In this document: one piece after another, positions 1 through 13,759 of the stretch | Position numbering within the stretch: the stretch's first letter is position 1 | Layout of the letters: the number at the start of each line of letters is the position of its first letter | Source: Selaginella moellendorffii | Lineage: Eukaryota; Plantae; Lycopodiophyta | NCBI RefSeq assembly: GCF_000143415.4 | Contig: NW_003314283.1 | Coordinates: forward strand, 1,664,330-1,728,329 | DNA: 64,000 nt | Direction of reading: 5' to 3' | Translations under genes and position numbers: made by a program | Notes under the pieces: generated by a model | What the model was told of the DNA's origin: nothing | What the model saw: the letters and a program-made list of their open reading frames with translations, nothing else | Databases searched by the model: none

Positions 1-557
1 CTCTCAAGGTGTAGATCACCTGAAAAACTTCGTGTTCAAGTGCTTGCAACCCCCATTCAAGGCAATCTTATACCACATGATTAACACTTTTACACTATGA
101 ATAAAGTCTATGCTGAAATTCTTAAATAGACTGACAAATACATGGCATAATTCCAAATCCAACCATGATTCCACAAAGCAGTAACCCTTGACTTGCAATT
201 GTGAGTTTCAAGTCCACACCATAAGAAAGTTGGCACTGAGTGGTGTGCCATTTTGGTTATGGCAACATGCTATCAAGTTGCTAATAGTAGAGGTACAGTT
301 TTCATCTTGTTGCTTCCTAACTATAGTTCTTATTGTAGTATAATGGTTTCCGGCTCATCCAAGGAGGAACCTCTCTAATAGGTTGTGGAGCAAGTATTAT
401 TATGAAGAGGCAAATGTTTTATTTTGTGTATCTTCCCAGACAGAGCAAAATAAAAAAGCTTAGATGAAATGGAGTTACATTTAAACTTAGGCATCCAAAA
501 AAGACCCAACCTAGGCAATGCTTGTCATAAATAAGTGTGAAGCAGTTAAAAATGGTT

Positions 558-765
558 ATAAAATCATGTAATATATAAGTAACACTTATACGTATTGGAA
601 AATAACCCCCATTCACTGTTGTATGCATTTGCATTAAATTAACCATTTTTTCTCTTGCCTATAAAATCATGTAGTATATAAATAACACTTAGACATGTTG
701 GAAAATAACCACTATTCACTGCTATATGCATTTGCATTGAATTAACCATTTTTTCTTTTGCCTAT
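558..765. repeat. Tandem duplication of a ~103-bp AT-rich unit (2 copies)
   Basis: ataaaatcatgtaatatataagtaacactta...ttgcct is followed directly by ataaaatcatgtagtatataaataacactta...ttgcct. Confidence 0.85.
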
Positions 766-3700
766 AATTGTTTGTGCAAAGTGGAGTTGAGAGAGTGACA
801 TATGCTTATTCTTACTCACGCCTTTGGGTTCGAGGCTGAGTTATCTTCTATTCTCATTCTATTCTCTTCTCTTCTTATCTTCTTTTCATTACATTTTTGT
901 CTCTGTTTATTTATCACTATTTTTGTAGGCAAGGGCAACAATATCCAGAAAAAACATTACTCCCTTTTGGCAACCACAGTGGGATAAGCTATCACTCTTT
1001 GGCTTGAAAAATAGCTGGGAGAAAATCATTTATAAATTCTAAATGTTCCCAGAACTAGGAATTACAAGTAAATCTCTTTAGTGATTGTAAAGGCCTTTAA
1101 GCCCAAATAACACTAAACGAAAGAGTTCTTTCAATGGTTTAGTGCCCAAATAATGCAAGAAAGATAATTCTTGAACCATCATATAAGCCACAGAGCAAGG
1201 GACAAGTTTAAAATTCAAGTTTGGCATACATTGCTAAGAAATTCAAATTTAAATGGTTTTGCTAATAATTTTTTGAGAAAAATCCAAAAGAAAAAGGAAT
1301 GAAATTTGTTTGATGTGGAAAACACAATTAACTACTCTAGAATTATTTTCTTTTGAGCAAGTTCTCACTTGGGTTTTTAGAGGACACATTTTTTAATAGT
1401 GTATCACAATTTTTCTAGGCATACATAAGCAAGAAAATTAGGCATCTGTAACTTTTGTTTTCGACTCTAGCTTAAAGATGAAAAATAAATTGGGGAATTA
1501 TTTACCCAAATTTTATAAAGTTTTGACAAAGATAGAATTACAATTAGAATATGTGTTGTCTCAAAGTTTTGATCCAAAGTCCTTTCATTTGGACAACTAT
1601 TTAAACATGGTTTAAGAGTTGATTTGCCCCGAGTTTAAGTCTTCTACACATATTGCAAGAGCCTATAAAACTTGAACAAGACTAACAAATCAAAAATTTA
1701 GAAGTAATTATCACGAATTGTTCTAACTATTCAAATTGCTCTACGTCTAATACACCTAAGCGAATCAATCAAGGAGCTTACAAATATTACTCGGTGTGAA
1801 AGGTGTCACTCTCTTATAAATTTTAAAAGCACTCACATCACATCTCGGCCTATAAAGAGGAATTAAAGGTAGTCATGTGAAATGTGCTCTATATCCCCTA
1901 AAGTGAGGCATAGATAAAGAACAAATATACAAGTGAATAAATGTGAAAATCTACCTTTTAAACTAGTTGAGTGATGCTCAATTAGGGGAAATACTCACCA
2001 CTTTAGAGGTGAAACACCCTTTGCAAAGTTTGAACCACCTTTTGTAAGATATAATCCACAAGTGTACGTACTCTTGATAGGAGAGAATTCCCACTTAGTG
2101 AATATTTTCCACATGGGAAAAAATTATATAACTATTCTAGTAAAAATTATAGCTCAATTTCTGCCTATATTTGGAACACACAAATCACCCCATGTGTTAA
2201 TTAAGCTTTTATCAAATAAAGCAATTGAAAGGCTTTATGCCATAAATGCAAAATAAATAGTTGTAAAGCTTGTTATTAGGCATAAGCATCAGTCTTGGAG
2301 ACACTACTATCATCACTTTGATATTTAAAGAACTAGAAAAAATAAAAACTTAAAAATATTTAAAAAGGGTTTTGTCTAAAAAGGTGAAATAACCTCAGAC
2401 ACTCTCAGAAATTCTGAAATACATTACAAAGCTCAAAAATTTATTATACAAACTTGAGCAAAGACTTGTATTAGCCATTACTGCTGTTGGTGAAGAGGCT
2501 AGAGAGAAATTTGCATTGAAAAGTAATTTTTGTTTAAATCTAAAACACAATTTTCCACAAATTAGCTATCACATGTTTGAAAAACTACATAACGTTATTC
2601 CACAAGCAAATTGATCTAAAATAGACTATCATACGCTAGACAATTTGACTCTTGTATTGATTCCATAGGGCAATTTTATGGAATGGTCTCCACGCTCTAT
2701 TCAAATTAATCCCTAATGTTAATTTAATTGCCTAAAATTTGCCAAGAGCAATAATCCACTTTTTATAATTCCATAGTTGCAAAGGCAAGACTGGTTATAA
2801 GCCAGAGGGTAAGACCTATTGTGAAGCAGGTAAGCTACTCTGGAATTGATTATGATGTGCCAAAAACCTTGCACTAAATTAATTTTAACCACACTAGGCA
2901 CGGACAGAAAGAGAAGGACATCTTGTGAATCCAGGTGGAGAGATTAAAGATTGACGATCCTCCATTATCCTGATAAAAGTTGAATAGAGGAATTAGGGTA
3001 AACAAAATAAAAAAGTTTACCAAAGATCCACTACACTTATCAAAAGATATATTTTGCTTATAGACCCAAACAGAAGTTGATTGATCTCTACTCTATGTGA
3101 CTAGGCAAAAGTATAAGATAGCAAAAACTAAACTATCTTATATGCCTAGCTAGACTAATGAATGATAGATTTAACAAAATTATTTAAACAACTCGATGAA
3201 TTACCAAGTGAGATAATTAACAATATTTTGCTCAAGGTATATAGAAGTTTAACTCCTGATACTTTTACTATTGTCAAAGAAAGTGTGATAATATACTTAA
3301 ATTATTTTGTAAGTACATAGTGTAAGCGAGACTTATATTTATAGAGTTACCTATACAAAAAGAAAATAGTATTAGAATTCTTCTTAGACAGAGAGATAGT
3401 CTGCCTATCCAAGCTAGATGTAAATCCTAAGTATTTATAACCTACAAAGGATTTATAAAATTATGCTTACTAAATAATTGCTACAATTTTTGCAATCTTA
3501 GGCAAATAAGCTATTGTAGGAACTTTAACAGTTCATAATAAAGCTTGGATATCTATACGCAAAACCACACTTGTTGATAATTGGGCTTATAGACATTAGA
3601 TTAATCCTAAATTTGGATTGATAGGCAACAAAATTTTATGGAGTAAAAATCTCTTAAGGTGGACCACACCTAAGAAAAATAGATACATTGTGAAAAACAA

Positions 3701-4599
3701 CTTTTGTTGCTCAAAACATTTCTGAGACTTTCATATAAAAAATGTTCTAGATATTTAGCTTTTAAAGGAAAGCTATCCCCATTTCGAAATTGATTGGGAA
3801 ACTAGATGCTTACTCTTAAGAGTAATTGATAGGCTAATTTACAAAGGGAATACATTACATACCAAAATCTTGTACTACTCACTTCACAAACAAAACATAA
3901 TAACTAAGCTTGCCATAGTAGCAATACTAATAGACCTCGAAATCTATAGGCATAAACTAACAATTGATCTTACTTATAAAGCTTTAGAGGGCATAGTCCC
4001 TATGATAAAATTGTCACTGTTTATACCAAATAAGGTAATAGATATACAATATTTCCCTCACAATCTAATGAGTGGAAGGCAGTCTAAAAAGAAGTATTCA
4101 CAAGATATAAAATGAAATTACAAAGCACTCACTTGTGATATTCACAATCTTAACCTCCCTTCAAAATAAACTGAATCATTGCTCAATCAAACTAAAGAAA
4201 AATTTGAAAGAGAGTGAGCTAAAAGCATATTGGGTACACCTCAATGACGAGGAAATTAGAAATCCTAGTATAACTTTGATAGTTATCAAGAATATATGAA
4301 TCCATACGCTACTCCTCCTTAGCAGCATCGACATATAAAAAATGCTTCTGCTTTAGCTGAGAATAGTAAAACACAAAATAACTAAAGTGATTCCCCACAA
4401 AAGGAAGAAGAGTTAAATACAACCCTTACCCTTTGATAATGATCCAGGTTCCTTTACGAACCAAACACTTATGTTGTTTATACTAATTGCAAAATAGAGT
4501 ATTTTCTGTCAAATTGCAATGAAAATAATGGCAATTGCAAGAACAACAATAAGCACCATCATCACATACACAATTGCATATTAAATAATACATAGAAGC

Positions 4600-7500
4600 A
4601 ATTAAGCTTAATTAAGTAGAGCGTAGGAAAAGAATCTTTTCCCCTATAGGCTTAAAAGTAAAGCCAAAGACTGGTATTATAATAATGATGGCAAAAAGCT
4701 TGGCACATTTTATAAGCAGACAAAGTTTTTCTATAAAGCTTTCTCCATGGAAACAAACCTAGAAGAAAACTATAACGAGTTGCAAAATCTTCATAAAAGA
4801 AAATCTGAGACAATGAAGAATATAGAACTCAATTTAACAAACATTATAAGCATTGTAAAAATTTAGTGTCAGACAAAATACACCTATACCTATATATATA
4901 GGGCCTTAAGAAAATTTATCATGAACATGTAATAAAGAGAGCTCATATAAATTTCAATGACTTAAATAAAACTATAACTACCTATAAGATTTTATAAAAT
5001 AATATAATATGGTAAATATGGTGAAGTTAGACAAAAAAACGACTCCTATAGATAGAGAAATTAGTCACCTAAGAAGTCTCAAATTGTAAACCAATCTCAA
5101 ATAAGGATTAATATAGAAGATGCAATAATGAAGGCCGTAGCAAAGAAGAATGCAAACTCTAGCTGATCAAGTGCTAAATTTGTGAAAAAAAAGGCATATA
5201 ATTAAGGAATGTAGAACCTTGTTTAAACAAACAAGAGGCTAACAAACAAGCAGAGTTGATAAAACAACATATAAATAAAGCTATCCACTTGACGATAAAA
5301 GTTATTGTAGAAAGAATGATTATAATGATAATCAAAGTGCCAAACATGAATACTCATGCGCTAAAAGGCAAAATGATCATTGGAATTATCCTCCTATAGG
5401 TAATTTTTTAGATTATCCACCTAGTTATGAGGAAAATAAGCCTAAAGACTATAATCAGCCTAGAGAATACAATCAGTCTAAAAGCTACAATATGCCTAAA
5501 GATTATGAAAGGCCAAAAGAGTATGATCAAGTTAAAACTCTTACTCGCTATCCTAATCAAGTTGAATTATCAAGCAAGAATGATAGACCCCCTAATGATA
5601 CACAACTTGCAGCGAGGCATATTAAGGTAGAATGGTCAAATATAGAAGAGCTACTTAGCATCTGTGTTATGACCAAAACTTAATGAAGAACAGTTGAATT
5701 TGAAAGCTAAAATGAAGGGAGTGATGATGAAGTAGAAATCATTCCTAACTCTCAATAGTGCCAAAAGAAAAATATCAACACAGAAATCACTTAACAACTC
5801 CAAGACTTTCAACCACAAATCAATTTAAAGAATGGTGATTCTAACATAGAAAGTTTCACGCCTTTATAGGCTTATATGAATTTACCAGTAGCACAAAAGG
5901 AAAATCTTATATTAAAACTAGATGGCAAATATGAAAAGAAGGTAGTGAAAGGCATTTAAATACCAAAATTACATTCACTTTATACTAACTTTTCACTCTT
6001 ACCTTAGAGTTGCATTTTTCAAAGAGCTCTCTTATAAGAAGGAAGAAACTTTAATTTTATCTATAGCCATTGTAATTAAGCTAAAGGATTGTAATGATGA
6101 AGTTCCTACAATTAATATAAAGATTGGCAAGAATTTATTATCTGAAACTCTCATCGATAGTGGCTCAAGCATAAATATTTTGAAGAGAGTATTTATGAAG
6201 AATTAGGCCTAAGTCTAATTCAACCAACCCCATTTAATGTATAAATAATAGATAACTAAAGTACAAGCTTATTGGAATTATTAGAAATGTCTTAACCAAT
6301 GTGGCTAGCCTAAAGTATGTTATGCTTAAAATAATACAATGAAATTCTGCCTACAAAACCCTATTAGGCAAACCTTAGCTAAAAATTATTTGTACAAACC
6401 AAGACTGAAAAAACAGTTTTTTGTGTATAGAGCAATACAACTAAAAAAGATCTATGCCCATTACTTCCACCATATAATTGGAAAAGAAATATTAACTTCT
6501 CAAAACGTAATCTTATGATTGGGAGGAAGGATTAGACGATTTCCAAGACCAACAATTCTTAAAAGCTTTCCCTAAAACTGAGTTAAGTTTAGAAGTTGAT
6601 ATTTATTCAATACTCAAAGAAGTACTTATGCAAGAAGCCCCTAAACTAAAGATCAGTTTGTCTATAAGAGATTTCTTTTTAAAGGAGGATTCTACTTATA
6701 AAATTGATCAATAGAGAAATTATGTTTTACATGTTTTTTGTGATCAATCAACTTGGGAAAATCAATTTAATAGATGATAATAATCCTCATATTGTTACAA
6801 TTGCTCAAGTAATACAAAGTGAATTTCACAATTAGGCCATAAATTTACTAAAAGATTACAAGGACATTTTTGCCTGGTCTTACACAAATTTAAAAGGTAT
6901 CCTACCAGAGCTTTGTACACATTATATTAAGATATTCTCAAGAAATATGCTTAAAAAGCAAATGCCCTATAAAATGAATTTTAATTACAAAGATAAAGTC
7001 AGGGAGGAAATCGATAAACTTCTTTACATAGGATTCATTTATCTAATAAAAAATGCTCAATGGCTTTCACCACTTGTAATTGTGCCTAAAAAATATGGCA
7101 AATTACGAACGTGAATTACAAAAAGTTAAAGGATGCAACAAAAAAAGATATATTCCCTATTCCTTTCACAAACAAAATTCTTGATTTAGTAGCAAATCAT
7201 AAAATGTATTCATTTTTAGATGGATTCTTTAACTATAACCAAGTGGATCTAGCACCTGAAGATCAACACAAAATAGCTTTAATAAGCCCATAGGAAATTT
7301 ATACCTATTGCACAATGCATTTTGGCTTATATAATATTCTTTTTATATTTTAAAGAGCTGTTATAGACACTTTTAAAGAATATCTCACTAATTTTATAAG
7401 AGTTTTCATGGATGATTTTATTGTCTTTAGCTCCAAAAAGGAACATTTAATTTGCTTATAAAAATATTTCCAAAAATACAGAGAACATAGCATTTCTCTT

Positions 7501-8275
7501 AATTCGGAGAAATATACTTTGTTTGTAAATCAGGCATACTTCTAGGTTATATTGTATACAAGGAAGGCATCCTTATAGACAAAGACAAAATTTAAGTGAT
7601 TGAAACAATATCTTCACCATATGATTTAAAAAGTCTTTGTTGTTTTCTAAACAAAGTTGGGCTATTATAGACAATTTATAAAAGTTTATGCAAAGATTGC
7701 TAAGCCACTTACTAATCTTTTAGAAAAAGATACTCTATTTATATGGAATGAAAATTGTCAAGAAATATTTTTAAGGCTTAAACAATGTCTCAAAAATGCA
7801 CTTTTATTTATTAAACCTGACTAAACAAAGGAGCTTCACTTACAAATGAATACTTTTGATATTGCTACAAGTGTAATATTATCCCAGATACAAGGTGATC
7901 AAAAAGATCATCCTATCTACTATACTAACAGATGCTTAAATTCTGAAGCATAACTACATAACTACTAAAAAAACACTTAGCATAATTTACACTTTAGAAA
8001 AATTTAGGCATTACCTTTTAGCAATAAAAATAATTGTCTTTGTTGACCATAAAGCTCTTTTATATCTTATCAAATTGCCTAAAGCGCATCACTTTAGAAG
8101 AGTCACCTAATATTAAGGTAGATGAACACCTAATGCTCACTTATTTGCAATCTTCATAACTATCACTTAGTTAGAAGATATATAAATTTATTTTTCTACA
8201 GGCACAATTTCACCCCACTATAACTTGCCAGAGAGAAAAAAGTTGTTTGTCTTGAAGACACGACTTTACTCTGTC
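4600..8275 (+). mobile_element. Decayed Ty3/gypsy retrotransposon (gag, protease, RT and RNase H remnants; truncated before the integrase core)
   Basis: Protease LIDSGSSINI at ~6150. RT motifs WLSPLVIVPKK, NYKKLKDATKKDIFPIPF, YSFLDGFFNYNQV and VFMDDF at 7060-7420. RNase H DHPIYY and FRHYLL..VFVDHKALLYL at 7900-8070. Many stops and frameshifts. The element probably extends further 5'. Confidence 0.9.
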
Positions 8276-8289
8276 ATGAGGGAGTGTTG

Positions 8290-8492
8290 TAAGAGACTAA
8301 TTTTTCCATTTTACTTTAGTCATTTAATCATATCTCTGACCACTTGGAGGAGTCTCACTCACAACCTCCATAAATTCTATTCCAAACTTGGGGCTTGCTA
8401 TCCCTGAAAATAGTATCCATGCCACTCAACCTTTGCACTTGGTTTAAGTGCTCCATATGTTCAATCCCATGGTCGACACCCCAAGGTACCAC
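8290..8492. repeat. Fragment of a dispersed repeat family also present at ~29510-29670 and ~51980-52175
   Basis: Shared block accacttggaggagtctcactcacaacctccataa...ggggcttgcta.ccct...gacacccaaaggtacc. Confidence 0.85.
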
Positions 8493-8495
8493 CGA

Positions 8496-9617
8496 CCGCT
8501 TGTGGTCTGAGGCTTCACGTCAGAGGGTCCATGAGTCAGAGCGACTTGCCGCTGCAAATACCACCGTCAAGATCAAAAAGTAAGAATCAAACTAATCTCA
8601 CTCTTCCGTATTGGCCAGCAACACGAACTGAGCCGCAAAGTTGATACTGTGATGCCTGAATACTGGGAATCGACGCCATGTTGGGTAAGACCTGCCCGTC
8701 AAAAGAAGAAAAAACCAATCAGTTGTCTTCCGAATTATGAGAACTCAAATGCGTACCATAAAATCCTTCAGTGACGTAAACTGGTAGTGCTCTTTTGCGG
8801 CTGTGATGTTGTACTTAGTTGAAGTCACCTGTTTGGATGACAAGAGAAGTCATAAGACTTCAAAGATTATTCAATCATACTTGATCAAGCTTGTAGAAAC
8901 CATTTGCATCAGTAATAGCCCGCTCTAGCTGTCAATATATATTTTGACTTTTGCGATGCCATGCCCATTGCTGTCAATAACTCGTCCGCCAACAGAAAAT
9001 CCAGCAAGGTGAGAAATTTCTCCCTTCGACGTCGGATGTAGCATGGCAAAGCGCTTGCTCAGACAATGGAGATCTACCAGGCCCTTGAGGACATTCCATA
9101 TCCTTAACGTCACTGGAGCGCAAGAAAACTTGCACACCCAATACCAGAATTCCCTGCCAGGACGAGATCAGCAGAACGAACGGTGACCAAGACATTATCA
9201 TGTACCTTAGACATCACACGACCTTCAACGTCGTAGCCAGGGATCATAAAAATATTGTCCACCTCTCCCATGCCCCATCCTAGTTGAACCTGACGAAGTT
9301 GAAGGAAAACAATAACGCATGACAGCTGATCGAAATGAGCTTACTTCATTTGATCCAATCACGTTGATATCAAGACGGGGATGGTGTGCTTCTATTATGT
9401 AAGTGCCTGTAACACAAAAACGTTTTTGAAACGGAAACAGAGACTAGATCATACCTATCAAAAGGTTGTTAAACTCGTAGGCACCAAGCGTGAAGCTAGA
9501 AAACAGAGTTTAAGAAGAATATGATTTGTGAAGTATAGCTACCAAGTATGGTGGAAATTTATGTCCGCATTTCCGTTGCAACCATGCTGATCAACAAGAA
9601 CTGGCACCTGAGCACAA
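8496..9617 (-). pseudogene. Partial duplicate of the NOMO gene (copy of ~20767-22248 with internal deletions, introns retained)
   Basis: Near-identical to 20767-22248 over long stretches. Segments corresponding to ~21305-21515 and ~21985-22110 are missing. Confidence 0.93.
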
Positions 9618-10604
9618 AAACGCTTTGAGCTGCTCTTCCGTCTGCCAAGCAGTTCCATAAATCCGCTGAAGCATCTGTCTCTTGACATCACCTCTCCAGT
9701 AAGCTCCAGCGACGGACTCGAGCTCAATGGCTTTCCTGTTAAGCTGGCCGGTACTTTCAACGTGTGGATCAGCACAAAGATCCCACCAGTCATTGCCTGA
9801 AAAATTTCGAAGGAAGTGAGGGAAGGAGCAAGAAAAGTATGTTCCTCAACAATGTGGTATATTTTAATGGGTTCTGTTTTGATATCCTCTAGTATTTCCA
9901 GCTTGTACTTTTCGTTGATAGACATAATTCGATCCTTGGCTTCTTCTCTCGATACTTCTTCTCGTCTCAGAGGTAAATTAATGATGCGATCCTAAAGACC
10001 AGTTTCAGTGGTTTACATTCTTGAGCAAACACTTACCATTTCCTTCTTTATCTTCTTCAAATCCTTGTCCGACAGTGGTTCTTTGAGGTCGAAGTCGTAG
10101 TAAAATCCTTTCTCAATCCACGGCCCAATTGTAACTTTAGCGTCTGGATAGTTTAAGTCGAAATGTTACCTCCCTAAACCTTAAAAAGCATAAAGCTAAC
10201 AGAGTGTCTGGACCGCCATAGCCATCACGTGAGCACACTGCGAAGATTTAAACAAGCAAGACGAGCTCAAGACTTGAGAAATGTCCCGAAAAGATGTGAC
10301 ACTACCGTATGGCGCATCCGGAGCAACTCCTCGGATGACTCATTGGTTGGGAGAGGAATTTTGTGCGGTGATGGCGATGGCGGCGATATTTCCGTCTCGG
10401 ATTCTGCCGCTACAGACGATGCAAAGGCCCGATGACGAGCGCCAGGCAAAGTCTCAGAGACGCCGAGAAACCTACGGATTCACGAGCAAATATGGGCGAC
10501 TGAGCTCCCGCAAAGATTTACCTGCAAGTGGTGAGGCAAGATGCTCGCCGGACTGCGCCGTGAAATGCGGCACACCACACGAGATGATTCGCAGCCGACG
10601 CCAT
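9618..10604 (-). pseudogene. 5' part of an organellar (plastid/mitochondrial) threonyl-tRNA synthetase, truncated and joined to the NOMO fragment
   Basis: Spliced reading gives a transit-peptide-like MASAANHLV..., then [57 protein letters not shown] and [57 protein letters not shown], which are ThrRS N-terminal/editing-domain motifs. The catalytic domain is absent. Confidence 0.9.
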
Positions 10605-11167
10605 CCCCGCCCTCTGTTTTTAGGGTTCTTGGACAACACCGTTGAAAAATATTCCAAGCCTAGGTATATACCCTTCCTTTAAAACCTCCTTGGGCATTTT
10701 GCTTGTCCATACGAGGGTTTCCAGAGGCTTTCGAGAGCGATCCAGGCCAGGAGAGGTGAGATTGGAGTTTCTTTCCGAAATATCAATCTCTTGGCGCTCA
10801 TTTCATCAATTTATCTTCATATTCTCCACTTCCCCTAGATTTTGCAGCATCCAACGTTCTTCTGGCGTTCTTCGTCCAGCCAATTCCGCGATCCAGGCAT
10901 GGAGAGGTGCGTCGCTGCTCACTCCATCGATTTTTCATCCTAATCTCAAGTTTCTATCGATTGCGCAGTGCATCCGACCTTCTTCTGACGGAAATCCAGG
11001 ATCCGGGCCTGTGGAGAGGCGAGGAGGAGTTTTCTTTCAACCATCAATCTTTTGCCGCTCACGTAATCTCCACTTTCTATCGATTTTCCAGTGTTTCCGA
11101 TGGTCTCCACGTTCTCCTTCCGGCCGACATCCGCAATTCTGGTATACGCAGGGCATCGCCGCTGCTC

Positions 11168-12158
11168 ATGGACAAGTCGCAGCCAGCGTGGGCTCCCTGG
11201 GTCGCTTTGGCGGTCGAGCACTGCAACAATGCCAATCCCACGAAGTATAAGATCGTCAAGCGTGGCAAAGACATCGTCTTCTCTCAAAGAAAGGCAAATC
11301 CCAGGGACGTGGAGGTGGAGATCCTGTGTGCCGATGACTTCCACAACCTCCGGACGCGCTGCAGCTTCCCTCAAGATCCGGAATTCGCCAACTCCCTCGC
11401 TACTGTGCGGCACTGCTCCATGCCTTCGAGAAAAAGCCCTGCGCTGTGGAGTAGAACACAAATTGATGGAGATTTCGTAATCAAAGAGGTAGATGCAGAG
11501 CTCCTAGCCAGCTTCGAGCGGATAAGCGACAGGTACTTTGAGTATGTTGATATTCTTTGTGAGGAGAGGCTGCGCACTATGCTTGTGCTCGCCATAGCTG
11601 TGTTGAAGGTACTTTACGAGTAGTTTTACGTATGAGTAGTTTTACCGCTTCCAAACCTGTTTCTCTTTACAGGTGCGAATGCTGGGAGGAGCGGAGCACA
11701 TCCTTCTAGTGATGGAGGCATTGTCTAGCACTGCAACACTCTACCGTCAGTATGATCTCAAGGGACTGCAAGAGCGAGCCGGTGGCATCTCAGATGGGAC
11801 GTTGCAAGGCCCATTGACACTCCAGGCTAAAGATCACGAGACGTTTTTCGAAATACTTGCGCGTGACACGTTCTTCCTTCAGGTAAACGCAGCTAAACCC
11901 GAAATCTCAAAGCTTTTTTTCTTGTTCCAGGAGGCTGAAGTTTTCGATTACTCGCTTATGGTTTACCATGTCCCGGGGAGGAACGAGCTTGTCGTGGGGA
12001 TCATTGACTACTTGCGCTATTTCACGCCTGTCAAGCACGCCTTCGTCGCCCTGTTGAAGACTCTGGATGGGAAGCCTCGCAGCGCACTTCATCCCAAGCA
12101 GTACCGAAAGAGAATGCTCGAAGCATTTGCAAAGTACTTCCCATGTGCTTCTAGGTAG
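11168..12158 (+). CDS. Divergent stand-alone phosphatidylinositol-phosphate kinase domain (FAB1/PIKfyve-like); 2 short introns
   Basis: Motifs FVIKEV, LLVME, YDLKG, DTFFLQ|EAEVFDYSLMV, ELVVGIIDYLRYFT and HPKQYRKRM..YF match the FAB1-type PIPKc domain. Introns at ~11609-11672 and 11883-11930. Start codon uncertain. Confidence 0.8.
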
Positions 12159-12179
12159 TTGATCTTAGTCCTAAAGCTT

Positions 12180-13299
12180 TTACAGCTTACTTGTTCCAGC
12201 GTCCACAAGCTCAAAATCCAGTTCCGCCGATCGAGTGAGTAGGACAGTCTTGAGCTGAGCGTTGGGAAGCCTAAGAAAAGATTGAAAACACAGATATTGT
12301 AGCATGACCAACAAAGAGCTACATACACAAGGTTGGAGCGCTTGAGCATGTTCCGCATAAAACTGCTATGAGAAACCACCGCGATCTCCTCCTCTTTACG
12401 CTCCCACAGCCTGATGGAGAGACAATGTAAGAAGGATGGTATGATCAGCTGTGAGGCACATACCACTGCAGGAACTGTCTGATCCGCTGCTGCATCGCTG
12501 CCAGGGATTCGGCTGTCTCGGCATTCCACAGCACGTCACTTTCTTCTTCGATCTACAAATGGTTTCGCATCAGTTTCGAATTAGAGGTCTCGGGACAGGA
12601 ACAACAAACCTGTGAGAAGTCGACGGATGGAAAGTGTGCCTTGTAGCTGCTGATGGACCGTCTCCTGTCAGAAGTTCGTGCGCTCTAAACGCATCATGCA
12701 TGATCAGCTTGTTGCAAAACAATAGAACAACGACTTACAATGCGCTCTCGGCATAGCTCCACAGCAACCAAAGGCAGGCTGGAATCACTTCCATAGTCGG
12801 CACCACGGAAAACTCCTGTAGCTGTTTGCAACGTCCTAACGAAAACGAAAGCATCTAAAGACTTGAAGAACTAGAATAGTTCACCTCGTCATGGGTGAAA
12901 CTGTCACGAGCTGGATACGGCGATCAAGGCCAGCTTCTCGGACGATCTTGCGGAGTGTAGCCACCTGATTTTTTTGTCAAAGGTAATTAGCAGAAGAAGA
13001 TCCAAAAACCACAACACAGCGCAAAGAAGAAAAGCTCAAGGAAGTACCTGTTCCCATCCAGCAGGAGTGAGGACGGCATCGAAGAGCCGATCATCGTCGT
13101 CGAAGGATTTCTTGGAGGATTTTGTGCTGCAAAGGAAAGATGTTACAAACCATGTGATAAACAAAGGTCGCAGCACGCGGAGAAGAAGGCCGGGTGTTAG
13201 GCGACGCCATTCGCCGCGGAAGAAGAGGCGATGGAGGCTGACATCTCCATCCACGTTATGATAGGCCTGAGCGTGCCTCATCAAATGCAACACCTTCAT
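12180..13299 (-). CDS. Phosphoglycerate-mutase-like protein (histidine phosphatase superfamily), multi-exon
   Basis: MKVLHLMRHAQAYHNV (RHx motif), DAVLTPAGWEQ, VSPMTRTLQTA, AVELCRER, FPSVDFS, EIAVVSHSSF; short GT-AG introns. Confidence 0.85.
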
Positions 13300-13454
13300 G
13301 CTCCTCCCAAAACCCTTGCCCTAGTTATTTTAAAATTATGCCGAGTATATGATCTCTTTTAAAAACAGAATATACTACTCAAGTCGCGAATTTAGCTTTC
13401 CTTGGCATTGCAAGGAAAGCGAATCACACGGGCGCCAATGGCCACAGGACCCTA

Positions 13455-13725
13455 GTTAGCACTGGAGGAGCTATTTTGTACGCGAGACGAACAAAGATTT
13501 TAGTTTCTCGTCTGTCCTCTGCATAAAACTTGACGGAATGCATCGCTGCGCTTGACAAAATCAATCTCAAGAACATCCGGGTGAGATTCAAAAAGTAACT
13601 GGAAAGCGGCAAAGGTACCTCCCTTCTGGTTGGCCGCCTCCACGGCTATGTATGGTTGCCATTTCTCAAGACCACTTCCCTCGAGGAAAAACCACGAAGT
13701 CGATTGATCCTCACTCTGTCCTTGT
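13455..13725 (-). pseudogene. Condensed, degenerate copy of the NOMO 3' exons (source ~18000-18430)
   Basis: Shared blocks gcataaaacttgacgga, ctggaaagcggcaaaggtacctccctt and ggttgccatttctcaaga.cacttccctcga. Confidence 0.85.
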
Positions 13726-13759
13726 ACATTTGGATGTGGAACGGATCAGTTCATCGACT

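Noticed and set aside
8496-9617. Second functional NOMO gene
   Set aside because: It lacks both ends and has exon-removing deletions.
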